64,000 bases of DNA, from positions 34,906,001-34,970,000 of the forward strand of contig OZ287756.1 of assembly GCA_965649765.1 (NCBI GenBank), given 5' to 3'. Position 1 is the stretch's first letter. Each line of letters opens with the position of its first letter. Positions 1 to 13,272 of the stretch are shown in pieces. The position numbers and the translations under genes were made by a program. The stretch is from Bispira polyomma (Eukaryota). The notes beneath the pieces are model-generated. The model searched no databases, was not told the DNA's origin, and worked only from the letters and a program-made list of their open reading frames with translations.

Positions 1-171
1 TTTGCATTTTAATCCAATCTCAAGTTGGGCTGGTTTTCCTAGCCAATCTTAAGTTGGGTAGCCCATCTTAAGATGGGCTGACCCATCTTAAGATAGGCTG
101 CCAAACTTAGGATCCTAAGTTGGGCTATAGCCCATCTTAAGATTGGCCAAATCGGAAGTTGGGCTCCAACA
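1..171. mobile_element. Right terminal inverted repeat of a non-autonomous DNA transposon; same family as 49274..50708; element continues left of the window
   Basis: Ends ...GATTGGCCAAATCGGAAGTTGGGCTCCAACA, matching the right end at about 50540..50708; built of palindromic modules (CCCATCTTAAGATGGG, CTTAGGATCCTAAG, GGGCTATAGCCC). Confidence 0.9.
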
Positions 172-342
172 GGGTCATTGTGTAATAAGATAAGCATAAA
201 ATGTAATAAATAGATACAAGCTCCTCCCGTTTTTTTTACCACCGTGAAATGAGACGAGTGATATCTGTATGTAAAGGGTGGTTTCCATATGTGTGGTATC
301 TGGCATCCAACTTATGGTAAAGCTAGGGCTGTAAGAACTTTT

Positions 343-650
343 GAATCGAACAATGCAAACTACTTTGTGATAATGCTCCTAGTAAAGTAGAGAAAGTCCG
401 GAAAAAGTGCAATAGAGATTCATTGGAATCTCTATTATCCAAACTACTATTATCTGAATATACGATTTCATCAACATATTTTCACTCTGCCCAATCTTCA
501 TTTCTTCTACTACGGTACTTTATACTCAGAAGGCTATTCTATGTGTTATGAACCTTGTATTTTTAAAACATAATGTTGCTCTTAGAACATATTTAAATAA
601 TAGAGGTTTTAATGTAATAATATCTAATTATTGACCATTTATTTTGCATT
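343..650 (+). repeat. Copy 1 of a ~305-bp local direct duplication (unique flank plus MITE family A copy)
   Basis: Aligns by eye with 4395..4699, including non-MITE flanks (GAATCGAACAATGCAAACTACTTTGTGATAATGCTC ... TAATTATTGACCAT). Confidence 0.9.
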
Positions 651-1414
651 ATAAATATATACAACCTATGTTGTTGTATCTGTGAAATGGAGTACTTTTA
701 AATATCATTTGTAACCCCTCTAAATATAATGGATTTCAGTGCTGCTTTACTAGCAAATAGGGTCACAGAACAAATTATGGATACTCCTATTTTTTAATCG
801 CAAATGTTGTAATTTCTTGGAGGTGAAAGTGGTTTATTAACGATAGATCAATCTACTTAACAATGTAAATTAAGTAACTAGGACCTAAAAATATATCATT
901 TTCTGAAATGAAAAACGTTGTTAACATGCAGGGTGACCATAATTGGCAGACAGACCATAATTGCTAGCCAAGTAGCAGTGCCACATGAATTTGGATACCA
1001 GATGCCACATACCGAATGTATAGAAATGGCCTTTAAAGCTGGTTTCCATAAAAGTGGCATCTGGATACATGCGGTATAAGACTACATAAAGTAATCAAAG
1101 GTGGAGGGGTTACGCTTGATGGAAACCACATAGTTACCATAGCCTGTGCCACTCGATCATACAACAAAACATTGTTTATATCTTTCTTAAAAAGTTATTA
1201 TACCTGCATACTGAATGTCGGATGCCGCATACAGCATGTATTAAAAACATCCTCATTCTAGGAAGATTCTGAATTTAGTAGTTGGGGGAGGGGGGGACGG
1301 GCGAGTTCCTTTGCCAGACAAATGTGACTGGCATTATAATTTGGTCACAGGAGTTCTAATTTGAAACAACTAAAAACATGCTACTGCCATGCTTGATAAT
1401 TTTGGTCAGAGTAC

Positions 1415-3715
1415 AATCTAATCTAATCTAATCTAGTCGTACTTTTATAGCGCTTAATCTTTGTACAACAAATTCTAAGGTGCAACAAACACAAAACGTT
1501 AATTGAAAATCAAAAATAGTGGGCGGATGGAAGTCGTAACCAGGGAGACTACCGTAAATGGTTGCGACGGCTAAGGTGGAAAAGCCTGTTCAAAAAGATA
1601 GGCCTTCAGCTTACTCCTGAAAGAGGAGAAAGTTTGAGCCAGGCGAACATGATCAGGTAGGCTGTTCCAAATGAGGGGGCCATCATGAGCTAGGCAGTGA
1701 TTGAACTGAACTTTGGATTTGTGGATGCGAGGGTCGAAAATGGGAATGTTAAGGTATAATTTATCAGGGTTACTGCGCCTTGTCCTGACTGAGCATGTAT
1801 ATTTGGATAGATGGGGGCTAAAATAAGTGGGTAATCCAAAATTTAGAAATTTATATATTATTGTTGCTGTTTTGAAAGCAACACAATATTTTATTGGGAG
1901 CCAGTGCAGTGACTTGAGTACAGGAGTAATGTGGGAAAATTTAGAAGTTTTGGTCACAATACATGCCAACGAGTGTTGGATATTCTGAAGACGTCTGAGA
2001 TCACTACGAGATAAGGAACGGAACAAAGAGTTGCAGTAATCAAGCCTGCTGCTGACCAAAGCATTGGCAACAGTGATTGCAGTGGATTTGGAAAGATAGC
2101 GTCGAATCCGCCTGAAATCACGGAGGCCAACAAAACATGATCTACACACCGCTGCGACATGGTTAGAGAAGGGGAATTCAGAGTCGAATACCACACCCAG
2201 GTTTCGTACTTTGTCAGCTGGAGAAAATCTGCTGCCAAGAATGTCAAGTGGAAAACAACAGGACAATTTTTCCTGTTTCGACTTGGAGCCAAACAAAATA
2301 AACTCAGTCTTCTCAGGGTTCAGCTTGAGTTTATTTGCTGCCATCCAGTGTTGTACATCAACAAGGCAGTTCTGTAAGGAAGTGAAAGCTGCCTTGGCAG
2401 AGTCAGGTGTAAGGTGGATATACAGTTGGGTATCATCAGCATAGAAGTGAAAGTTTATGTTTTTGTATGCAGCAATAATCTTGCTGAGTGGAGTGGTGTA
2501 CATGGAAAACAAAATGGGACCCAGGACGGCACCTTGGGGAATACCAAATTTTAACCATGTTGGGTCGGATAAGATATTGCCAATTTTGACTGATTGGAAT
2601 CTATCAGACAAATATGCAGTGAACCACTTAAGCGCCATACCGCTGATACCGAACCAAGACGATAGGCGCTCAAGAAGAACTTTGTGATCAATAGTATCAA
2701 AGGCTGCTGACAGATCCAGCAGTACTAAGGCAGTAGGCATACCTTTGGATAAAGATGTATGAACATCATTTTTGATGCAGAGAAGTGCAGTCTCAGTAGA
2801 ATGACCACTTTTGTACGCTGACTGATACTTATTGGACAGATTGCTGACGTCAACATGTTGTTTGATCTGTAAGGCAACCACGCGTTCTACCAACTTAGAG
2901 ATATAGCAAAGGCCTGAGACAGGACGGTAATTTTTCAAGTCAGCCTTTGGTAGAGAAGGTTTTTTTATTAAAGGAGTGACAATGGCCTTTTTAAAATCAT
3001 CTGGAAAGACGCCATTTACCAACGAGAGGTTGATAAGTTTTGTGATTGAGGGCAATAAAATGTCAATACATTCCTTAACAAGGAATGTGGGCCACGGATC
3101 TAGCAAGCAAGATTTTACGGGTGATGCCAGTATAATTTTCCTGACTTCATCAACAGTTACTGTGGAGAAACAGTTGAAGACGGTTGGTGGAGCTGTTGGT
3201 AAAGGGGCATTTGGGGCGGCTAATGTAAAACCGTCACGGATTCTGGTAATTTTATCAGTGAAAATTTTTGGGTAGTATAGTCTGTTTTTTACGGTGGAGG
3301 GTGCTATTTAGCTTTTGCCAAAGTTTCTTCGGGTCACCCTCGCTTTGTGATATCATGTTGGCATAGTAGGCACGTTTTGAGTCATTTATAGTGTTGTTGC
3401 ACCGGGTGATCCATTGGCGTAGTCTAGATCTATTTGTAGTAGTTTTGTTTCGGCGCCATGTTCGTTCGGCTTGTCTGCGCAGCATCTTCATTTCACGATA
3501 ATTACTGGTGATCCACTCAGGTGCCGGCTTCTTCAATGTCTTTGATTTACATGGCGCATGGCGTTCTATAAGAGACTGCAGGTCAGCGCAGTACTGTGTG
3601 TATAGGTCAGTGGCATTATCAGCAGGAGACTTGACGAAGGCCGTATCTGCCAACTCTCATCTAAGGTCAGACATATTGATACAAGCTAATGAGTACCGTT
3701 CAAATTATGTATAAT
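1415..3715 (-). mobile_element. 5'-truncated L2-clade non-LTR retrotransposon (LINE)
   Basis: RT motifs NYRPVS, LLDLSAAFDT, GIPQGAVLGP, YADDTQLY; L2-type C-terminus LDYCNSL...LHWLPI...AFPP*; 3' UTR ending GCGCTATAAAAG plus (TAGAT)4 tail at 1415..1434; no endonuclease domain retained. Confidence 0.93.
1571..3653 (-). pseudogene. LINE ORF2 (reverse transcriptase) remnant with a frameshift near 3263
   Basis: ORF 1571..3106 reads open upstream (FTDKITRIR...KSCLLDPWPT) to about 3263; ORF 3255..3653 (PEWIT...RRQAERTWR...KKLW) is the preceding ORF2 segment in another frame; an in-frame TGA lies just upstream of 3653. Confidence 0.88.
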
Positions 3716-4394
3716 GTCAATATCAGTTTATTGCTGTTTGAAAATAGTAAACCGTGTGTTTAAGGTTTGAAGATGTGGATACAGGCAAGATTGATTAGGG
3801 TTTAACGTTGCTTTTAACGCATTGTATATACATGTAGGTCATATCACAACAGGCAGTTTCACTTGTGGGAGAAGCCAGTGCATTTATACTAGTTGGTCAA
3901 GAAGCTGCACTGTAAACCACTGGGCATTAGCAAGTAACTGCCAACTTTCCCACATAAAGCCACAGCCAATATTCTGGATACAGTTAAGACCTATAGGTGA
4001 CTATGGATTAGTACATTTCCCCATTTAGTCACTCACAGGTATTTTATAAACCTAAGTGACAGTGTGGCTAGAAATGTACACACACACATTGATGACAAAT
4101 ACCTTAGAAAAACAGTAATTATGTAGTTAATGGCTTTAATGCTTTTAAGTAATCCCTCTGGGTACATATGTCTTTAGCATAACACCTGAGTTTAAATATA
4201 CACATGTATGGACATACTCAACAGAAGATTGCACTTCAGGCTATAATATAAAGGCTCAATTTTTAACTTAAAAACACAACAAACTAAATTTTTACCTTTT
4301 GGTTGTTTTGTATCTGTTTTCAATGTTTAATTTTGTAGAAATTTATAAAACTGTAAAGCAGAAGTCACTAGCAACCTCTTGCTGTGAATTGTAT

Positions 4395-4699
4395 GAATCG
4401 AACAATGCAAACTACTTTGTGATAATGCTCTTATATCTAGTAAAGTAGAGAAAGTCCAGAAAAAGTGCAATAGAGTTACATTGGAACCTCTATTATCCAA
4501 ACTTCAATTATCTGAATGTCAACATATTTTCACTCTGCCCAATTTTCATTACTTCTACTACGATACTTTATACTCGTAAGGCCATTCTATATGTCATGAA
4601 CCTTGTATTTTTAAAAACATAATGTTGCTCTTAAAACATATTTAAATAATAGAGGTTTTAATGTAATAATATGTAATTATTGACCATGGATTTTGCATT
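4395..4699 (+). repeat. Copy 2 of the ~305-bp local direct duplication
   Basis: See 343..650; differs by scattered substitutions and small indels. Confidence 0.9.
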
Positions 4700-7605
4700 T
4701 CCGACATGAACATCTAGTGTTTATCTGATACACACAGGTTTTCGGAAATATTACAATGTAAATAACCTCTATAAGCTAAACTTCTATTATCAAAAATTAT
4801 TTGATTGATAAACCCATTCCCCCTAAAAATATTTTTCTTGTTGTTTTATACAAAAAAATATGTCTTCTATTTTGTAAACCTTCTATTATTTGAACAAAAT
4901 TTTGCTCTCTTAAAATGTTCAAATAATGGAGTTTTTTTTTGAGGCTGTGCCCTTTTTTTCAGATTTTTTTTTATTCACTTTTTTTTCACAAACATAATTG
5001 GTGAAACCAGGGAAGGCGAGACTAGCAACTCTCTATCAGGTTTTTGCAACAGTTTCATACGCAGTATGAGTAATATAGACATAATACTATCAACAATTAC
5101 AAAAATTATGTTAAAATAAAGAAAAAATTAAAACTTTAAATTACAGCAAGAACGTTTATATTACAGCACTATGTAATATAAACTATTTACACCTTAACAT
5201 TTTTTCTACACAAATAACATCAGTTAACAATATATTGTTACATTTGTAAAAGATGACCTGAAACTAATAGGTGGCTTTGTGACAGGCTAAATGTAAAGTG
5301 TTTGAATCAACACAAATAAGTGGACAGCTTTGTGGTAGGCTGGGACCTGTGTTGAATCTTATAATTACTACTAAATTTGTCCTCACCATTTTTTCTGTGT
5401 GTGGGTCAAATACTTCATGCTCTGTTGTGTATTTAATGCTCCCTGCTAATTACTGGCAAAACATCTTACCATCCCCTAATTTTTTGTGATCCCTTGCAAA
5501 CTCAATCTTGTGTGCAATGTGATTATCACACTTTGTTAAATAATTAGTCCAATAAACCCAATAAACTCAGTGTGTAATATTTTGACTCCAAAGGAGATTT
5601 CACCTGTTATTTGAAGAAAACACTGTTCCATACCTTTTGTTTATTCCTTAAAGGGTATATATTTAAACATATCAAGAAAACAACAAAAAAACTGAACAAA
5701 AAAGGAGGGTTTTTAAATACCAGAAAACAACGCGTCTTTAAAGCCATTTTAGTGTGGTGGTGGTGGAATGTATGTAGGTGGGTTTTTGGTTAAAGAATAG
5801 AAAGGTGATGATAATTACAGAGCAGGGTTTAATAGACTGGTGTTCTTTTCTTAGATGGTAATTTAATCACATTAATGTTAAAGCTCTGACCTCTATCTTT
5901 AGTTTATCCACTATAGAACTCTGTTCTGTAAAAAAAACGTGACATATAAAAGCAACCAAAAAAGGCAGTTCAAGTTGTGTATTTAATCCTGTAAAATTAA
6001 GGTTTGACCTGAAAGATGGGCCGACATTTGTTTCTTATTTTAGCCCCCCCCCCTTTGCTTAAATATATAACAGACATCAGTTTTAAAGATAAAACAAATG
6101 AATAAAGGCGAATATATTTTACGTTTTGGTCGTAAGTGCTGTCATGGATAGAATTTAGCATTAAAATAATAACTAATGTGAAAATCTTTTTAAAAAATTA
6201 TTCTTCACTTAAGAAAAGTCAATAATAATACACAACTATGTTGAATGATTTAAAAGTTGACAGTTGGTCATCTGGAATACAAAGCACAGTCGCCCGGTAT
6301 CAAAAATCAGAGTTTTGTTTTATATCTGATAGTCTTGAAAAAAGGGGCCTTAATGTGATTAAATGACAGCTCCATAGGTCTCTATTGTTAGCCCATTGTT
6401 CAGCACACTTTTTGTGACAGTTGACGAAAAATTCAATAGACAATTTATAGGATGGGAAAGACCATAAACACAAAGTTTTGAAGAATAAATATGTTTTTTA
6501 AATTTTGGGAAAAATTAGTTTTTGAGGGTCATTGTTACTGAATACTGCACAACAATAGTTTGTAAATATAAATCTGAAATATTGTCAGTGAGAACTTATG
6601 TAATATTCAGATAGTATTAAATTAATTAAAGCAATGTTGTTTTGTGAGGAGTTTGTTATTCTAACAAGAATGTATCAGTGTTTACTTGCTATTCCTCTGG
6701 GGTTCTTTAAAAAAGAAGACAGTTCAGATATTAAACACAGTTTCACAATACCACTATTGATTAAAGGTGGGGGTATTGAATTTTGGTTTTCTTGCAATAT
6801 TTTTAAATTAAATAAAAAAAGAAAAGAATACTGCTGTTTGAGAATATTGATTTCTGTAGGGAATAAAACCCCTATAGTCCCATGTAGGGATGAAATATAA
6901 GCCTGAAAGCCGAGAAGTGTTTCATTGTAATGTCAAACCAACTGATATTGGAACCATTGTCCTCGAAAGCCAAAGTATTTTAGTAATAAAGCAAAATCAT
7001 TGGGAAATTCTATATTCACCTGTAGTTTTAAAAAAATGCATTCTAATTTCTTAGTGTCAGCTTTTCCTGGGAGAATTATAAACTCAAAATGATTGTTATT
7101 ATATTAAAGTAGTTTACCACTTTTCTACCAGTTAAAGCTACAAGGTTACAGTTTAATGCTGCCACAGAAAGTGTCCATTGTCCACACAACATACCCAATT
7201 TGGCTAATTAGTGTGATAAGATATAAAAAAAATTAAATATATCTCTAAATTCCATAATTTGTACAAAATGTATTTTCTATACAGACACAGATGCAAAGTC
7301 CTTGAGGCTACAGCTTTAAGTGTCAGAGGACATTGATTTGGTCACAATGTACACAGTGTTATGGAAGTGCTCTACTTGTCTTCATAACAGTACAAACCTC
7401 AGCCCTCCAGGCACTGAATTAGCCTTTTCCAAGTCTCTCAGAAAAATATTTTTTAATATGCAGTTGGCAAGCAGTCGATGGCCATTATTACTCCCAGGAC
7501 CCATATCTGTCGGCAAGCAGTCGATACACCAAAATATTATTTTATTTTCCTTCAGTTCGTAGTTGTTTTTTCCCAGTAACAAAAGGATTATTTTGGAAAC
7601 TTACT

Positions 7606-7820
7606 TAATTTGAATTTAGTTGGATCTTTGCGTCGCTTTCAACAGCTTAGGTCATATTGTGAAAGCCAGATTTAATGGTAGAGGAAGTCAAGCTGAAGCC
7701 ATTTTAAAAACCACTGACCTACAACGAGTACCTCACATATTTTCTTACATGAAGGAACCCACATTGGTGAGAGACCAGTGATTATTAGCAAGCGTTTCTA
7801 ACAACTATGCCACCACAGCT
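7606..7820 (-). mobile_element. Decayed tRNA-derived SINE resembling molluscan MESC/V-type SINEs; related fragments at about 11180..11290 (-), 15570..15735 (+), 15765..15830 (-)
   Basis: Minus strand begins GGTGGCATAGTTGTTAG (A-box-like); + strand body ...CTTTCAACAGCTTAGGTCATATTGTGAAAGCCAGATTTAATGGT...AAAACCACTGACC is shared in part with the other copies. Confidence 0.6.
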
Positions 7821-9897
7821 TGAAAACTAATTTTAAACATATGTATCTAAGACTAGGTTACAGGTTAGAAAACTTAATTTCCACCTAAAATTGAATTCAT
7901 ATGTAAACAGACTGACAGTGACTTTTTGGTGTCATCTCCATCATTTTGAATTTGTTCCATATCAAATTTGAATTTATTTCTGACAAACTTGAGCCTTAAG
8001 CAAGGCTAGATGCTGATCATAGAGCATGCAGTAATTGGGAACCTCCATCAAGTGGTCTGGTTATACAGTTGACTGACCTAACACCTTGCAGGGACATTAA
8101 GTTTAGAGAATACAGTGAACAAGTATATAGTCTATTGAGTAACCTCCTTGTCACACAGGCTACCCTATCTTTTCAGATTGAACAAACCCCAACAAGTGTG
8201 ATTTAATATTATGCTATACCAGAGTTTATTATTTGTATCAAAATCAGATGAATATCAATTGCTACCCTAGCATTTATAGTTTGTTATAACAGTTGAGATG
8301 TAATTGAGTGGAATAGAAAGGCTATGGGATATATACTTGCACAATGTTACAGAGGATTAAGCCCACAATTCCCTCTTACAGGAAGTGCCTCATCAGTGTG
8401 GAGGCTTTTCATTGGTTCATTGAGGTGTCTACCCGTGTGCATTCAGAACTTCAGTCAACTGAAAAATATGATTTGAAAACAAATATTCCTGGCACTGAGC
8501 CAATGTCAAAATGATTGCAGCTCCATCATATTTGTTTTTCATTTATTGTAAATATTTCATCATGCAAGACGGTTTAATATAATGGTTTGTACAATTGTTG
8601 CCTAATACCTAACAATTGTTAAGAAACATGTCTAAACAATGCCAAAATGAAGAGCTTAAAATGGCACTGTTTAATTAATAATAAGGAATGTTATTTTAGG
8701 TTATTTATTATTGAATCGTGTACAAGTATTATAATAGCTTCCTAAAATTAAATGTAAAAATTTGGAGACAACTTATTGTTATGTACACATGTTAGCTAAT
8801 TTTAAAGGAAATACCGTACATGTTAGTGATGTCATATTGCTCAGAAGACAAGATGTGAATGAGTACATTAACTTTAATTGATTGAATTTCCCTTTTAAAT
8901 ATTATTTCAGTAGATAAATATTAATGATTTGTCTTAGGTTCACTGAATAGTTACTACTTTTGTACACATAGACAAAGCCTTCATATTTCTATTACTACAT
9001 TGTTGATGGAAATTATTCAATACAACACAATTGTATTTCAATTTTAGAGTCTAACATAAGGTATACATTTAATTGTATCCAGAAATGACATTTGAGCCCT
9101 TGAGGTCTGGGTGTTAAATATGTTCTTATTCTTTTTGTTTAAATACATGTAATTATGTAAAATATACACATGTCACTATAATAAATAAAAATATAATAAA
9201 ATCATAGTTCTTTCCATGCACTCAGGCTTTGTTTTAGGCCTACATATTAAGGAAAATTTGTTAAATTAATTTTTTTTTATATGGAGAAAAATTGGTAGTT
9301 CCACAAAGTCTATTTCTTCTACAATGTACCCTATTAAGTGGTAATCCAGCTTAAGTAGATGTATTTGTTCTGGTCCCTTGAGGTTTGGGGGACTTAGACT
9401 GGGGTTGGATTGTATTTTCAATGTTGCAAATTTAAACCTTTCTACCCCTATAATCGACCTCCATATTCCTTCACTTCCATGCAATAGGAAATTGTTGGTG
9501 CTATTATGTGAGGCTGTTGTTGAATGCTGGAATTAGTCTGTGGTGTGCTCTTGCCATCTGTAACCTATTCCTGAAATGTTTCCAGAAAAGTTAAAGTGTG
9601 ATGGCATAAGTCTACAACTTCACTATAGTAGATATCTTTATAAAATTATGTTACATTTTCTAGAGCTTTGGCTTTAAGGTAACAATTCAATATTGTCACA
9701 ATTAATTGTAAAACTGGTTTGACTTTTTTCACATTCTTATTCCAATACTGAATTGTACAACATCAACCAGGTCATAAAACTGTGAGGTTTCAGTGTTAAA
9801 CAACATTCTGCATCCCATGACACTGGAGGTACTTTCAAATCTTTTCACTCAGTTTGCTGTCATCTAGTTGACTTGTATCGCATGATAATTGAAAGAT

Positions 9898-10376
9898 TAA
9901 TGGGCCGGTCCCACCGGATTTACGTTAGGATATGTAAACCACGCATGGCCTTGTAAAATATTTAATGCAAAACGTCATGCAAAACTAGAAATTAGAGATT
10001 TTCTCCACGTTGTAGGCATCAACAGACGTTAAAATTCATGTATTAGTATGTCAAAAGCTGTAAAGTCTCGCAGGGGATGCATACCTTCACGTCCGAGTAC
10101 ATGTATGAGTACGCCAATACAAGTAAAAGGACGTCATAATGACACACATTTACACACTGTGACGCATATCCACGTTTTAGGACGTCATACTTTTGTATTT
10201 CTTGCGTGTCCAAATTTCAAACGGTTCAAAATTAAAAATTTCTTGCATCTCAACTCTCACGCCAGGTTATGTATGCTTATGTATATTACGTCAGCTCCCG
10301 CAAATACCACGCAAAACCTACGCAAATTAATTTTCAAACGACTCCTAACGTGACGGCTGGTGGGACAAGGGTATTA
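9898..10376. mobile_element. CpG-rich MITE-like element with imperfect TIRs
   Basis: Left TAATGGGCCGGTCCCACCGG...ACGTTAGGA versus reverse complement of right end TAATACCCTTGTCCCACCAG...ACGTTAGGA; interior rich in ACG/CGT, unlike the flanks. Confidence 0.7.
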
Positions 10377-10402
10377 CTGTGACTGATATAAACAAAGAGA
10401 TT

Positions 10403-10865
10403 TTTTTTCATAAACAATATTTTATTAAATTGAAAGAGATTATAATAAAGCCATTCTCGAAATATAAGAAAGATATACAAGAGAAAAAAGTGAATAATAA
10501 TATAGAATGGTGTATGAAAAGGTGAGTAGGTGTGTGGGCACTGTGGCTATTGAAAACCATGAAAATGATTAGTTTCCTTTAAAAATTCTTGAACTGCTTG
10601 AAATACTGTCTGGTTTTGTTCTAATGTCATTTCAAGGCTACCAAATGATAGATTTTCAGTTGTAAAAGCAGGAATATTATGTAATTTAGATAACATTGAC
10701 TGTCTCAATAGAGCATAATTTGTACAATTTGTACAATGTAACAGTGAATGTGTGTTGTTCTTTTCATCAAACAGGCCACCCTCACAAGTGCAATTCTTTA
10801 AGACGTGTACATTTTTTGTAAGGTGTTCCTTCAGAGGGCAACAGTTCATGCTTATTCTAGCATTC
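10403..10865 (-). mobile_element. CR1-like LINE 3' fragment (ORF2 C-terminus plus 3' UTR)
   Basis: ORF 10547..10849 gives a degenerate C-x-C-G...H-x-L-L-x-C...Y-x3-R...N-x2-VFQAV-x2-F-x3-T-x2-F, typical of invertebrate CR1-type ORF2 ends; the tail AATAAAATATTGTTTATGAAAAAA is shared with 60394..60510. Confidence 0.75.
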
Positions 10866-10881
10866 CTGTACCCTAGATTAG

Positions 10882-11020
10882 CTCTAGCCTAATATTGTTT
10901 TTTTATGGAATTTAGCTGGTTTTACATTACCATTAATTAAATATATTACCTCTAGCCTAATATTGTTTTTTTTTTTTTTATAGAATTTAGCTAATTTTTC
11001 ATTACCATTAATTAAATATT
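10882..11020 (+). repeat. Two-copy tandem repeat, ~70-bp unit
   Basis: CTCTAGCCTAATATTGTTTTTT...GAATTTAGCT...CATTACCATTAATTAAATAT occurs twice. Confidence 0.85.
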
Positions 11021-11561
11021 TTTTTGAGTAACGGTAGAACTAATATATATTTTAAAGTAGAGAGCGTTATAGCATATTTAAGTAAGTTGTTATGGCACAA
11101 TTGGTAAATATTGTTTATATAAAAGAAAGAAGCATTTATTGTTATTTTGTTATTTGTCTTTTCATAAACAATACCTTAAGTTTTACTGATGTTTACTAAT
11201 AATAATTTCAGTTTACTGGTGAAGCAACCGAGTACGATTTTGTTGAAAACCATGAGCCTTCAGCAAGTCTTCTGCCAACTTTCTCACGCGTGCACTGGGA
11301 CCAAGACCTTGTTGACTGTATGATGGTTTCACTGTAAGTTATGTTTTGTTTAAATGTCAGCTTTAAACGTGTTGCATGTTGCTATACAGATACACTAGAA
11401 CCTCTATTATCAAACATTCTCTTCTCTAAATATTATGAAAACAAATCCACCCTCCCAAATTTACCTAACTGCAATTTAGGTAAGTAAGGCATAATAGTAA
11501 AAAAAATCTCAATTTTAGAAAATATTACCCACAATTCTACCAAAAACACAACATTTTCTAG

Positions 11562-11633
11562 GTGGCCAATACCAGATACAGTGGCCCAATTTCAGACAGT
11601 GGCCAATTTTAGATACAGTAGCCAATTTTAGAT
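11562..11633 (+). repeat. Minisatellite, about four ~19-bp units
   Basis: Consensus GTGGCCAATTTYAGATACA repeated. Confidence 0.75.
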
Positions 11634-12334
11634 TCCTTACTCTACACTGGTAATCGTTTTAAAAGAGTAGAAAGTATATGCTTTAAACTGTGTTGGAGAA
11701 TTAAACTTCAGAAGATAACAAGATAAACATCAGACTGTTACTGCAACCAAAATGCCCACTGGGCAGTCCACGAGCAGTGTCAGATTAAGTTTGGACACTA
11801 AAAGAGTTGAGGGTCACTGCGGTCAGTTTGTCTCACAGAAACCAGAATATGATAGCAGCATTAGTTAGAAAGACAGATGGTCAACGTATTACTGACCAAT
11901 TTAAAATATTTCAGTTTCTCATCTACTTTTTGAAAGTAATCACTGACTCCTGGTATTGATATTGGAGTTAAAATCACAATTTAAATCACAACAGAAAACT
12001 TAATTCACTTAATTTGATCTTTTTTTGATTTTGCTTAATTGCTAATGAAATATTGTTTATGGAAATCATAATTGCATTGTGTACAAAGAGGATGCAAAAC
12101 AGTATGATACATTAGAGCCTGTATTATATGGACATTGTGGGAGACCAAGGTATTGTTTGTATATAATAGAAGGTTCATAAAATAGAAGACGCATTTGTTT
12201 CGAAAGCAAGAGGAAAATCAAAATTTGGGAGAGTAGAAATTATTTAATAAAATAGAATATTTCAATAATTCAAGGTCGGGCAACAGAGGTTTTACTTGTA
12301 ATAATAATTTTTAGACAAAAATAAAATATACATA

Positions 12335-12528
12335 TAGTAGAACCTCTATTATCCAAACATGTTGGGAGAGCAATGTTTCGTTTGGATAACAGAAAGTTCA
12401 TAAAATATAAGAGGTATTTTTAGTAGAAATCAATACAAAAATAACAATTTTAAAAAGTCGAAATGAGTTCAATAAATTGAATATATATATTATGATAATC
12501 AAAAGTTTGGATAATATAGGTGCTACTG
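12335..12528. mobile_element. MITE family A (Tc1/mariner/pogo-type, ~190 bp), representative copy; about 25 full or partial copies in the window
   Basis: TIR consensus CAGTAGAACCTCTATTATCCAAAC...GTTTGGATAATAGAGGTTCTACTG flanked by TA. Other copies near 420, 4480, 4760, 11393, 12113, 12955, 15840, 15911, 21871, 22110, 23530, 28157, 29791, 30047, 31125, 33985, 34455, 35145, 36620, 44500, 44820, 45630, 45800, 51090, 54035, 58468. Confidence 0.9.
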
Positions 12529-13272
12529 TATTTTAATGCCTGGGGTTTGTTTTTTTTAAAGAGGAAAAGCTGTGTTGATGTTAGAGTGTAAGCTATCCTT
12601 AAGAGACATCTGGGACAGAACTAAATGTTGACCAGGGTTTTTATCTGTTAATTACACACAAGTCACTTTCCATTAATTGACCAGTGGACATCAAGCCATG
12701 GCTGATAGGGACACATGATACCTGACATGAATTGCCCATAAAACCACACTTTCTGACCCAACTGGTCACTCAGTAATAAAACCAATGTACAGTATCTATT
12801 ACTAAATAGGAGGCTTTTTCAAACAAAGTCTAATTACACAGTAGCCTTGCACTGGACAAAAAATAAAAAAAAAACTTGCAGTTATAACCTCTATGATTAT
12901 ACTTCAAAATAGATTTGTATTTGTGTACAAATAGGATGTAAAGCTGTATTATAGAGTTAGAGCCTCTATTATATAAACATGATAGGACAGCAAGATTTTG
13001 TTTGGATGATTGAAGGTTTAGAAAAGAAAACGGGACACATTTCGGTGTAAAAGAATAGGAAAACCTAAATTACAGATAGAGGAAATGATTTTATACAAGC
13101 AAATACTTGAACAGTAGAAGATAATGGAGGGTTTACTGTATATATATATGTAGATATAGTTTTATAAGAGAGTCAGTTAAGGCATTGTAGCTAAATCTAT
13201 ATATTTTGTAAAATGCTTCAGTTATTCAATTATCTCTCTGCTGTTGTCTAAGATTTGAGTCACATACAATTT

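Noticed and set aside
39-242. 67-aa ORF with repeated PILRW motifs
   Set aside because: Translation artefact of the palindromic TIR modules.
1954-3714. Short ORFs overlapping the LINE in other frames or on the + strand
   Set aside because: Shadow ORFs of the RT coding sequence.
4990-5550. Possible old LINE 3' end on the minus strand
   Set aside because: Only vague resemblance, no continuous frame and no second copy in the window.
7382-7582. 66-aa minus-strand ORF with protein-like composition
   Set aside because: No recognisable motif and no convincing pair of splice sites; may be an old TE fragment; needs BLASTx.
8370-8510. ETS site (ACAGGAAGTG) with CCAAT motifs as an upstream promoter
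   Set aside because: No TATA/Inr arrangement or downstream donor found; short motifs alone are insufficient.
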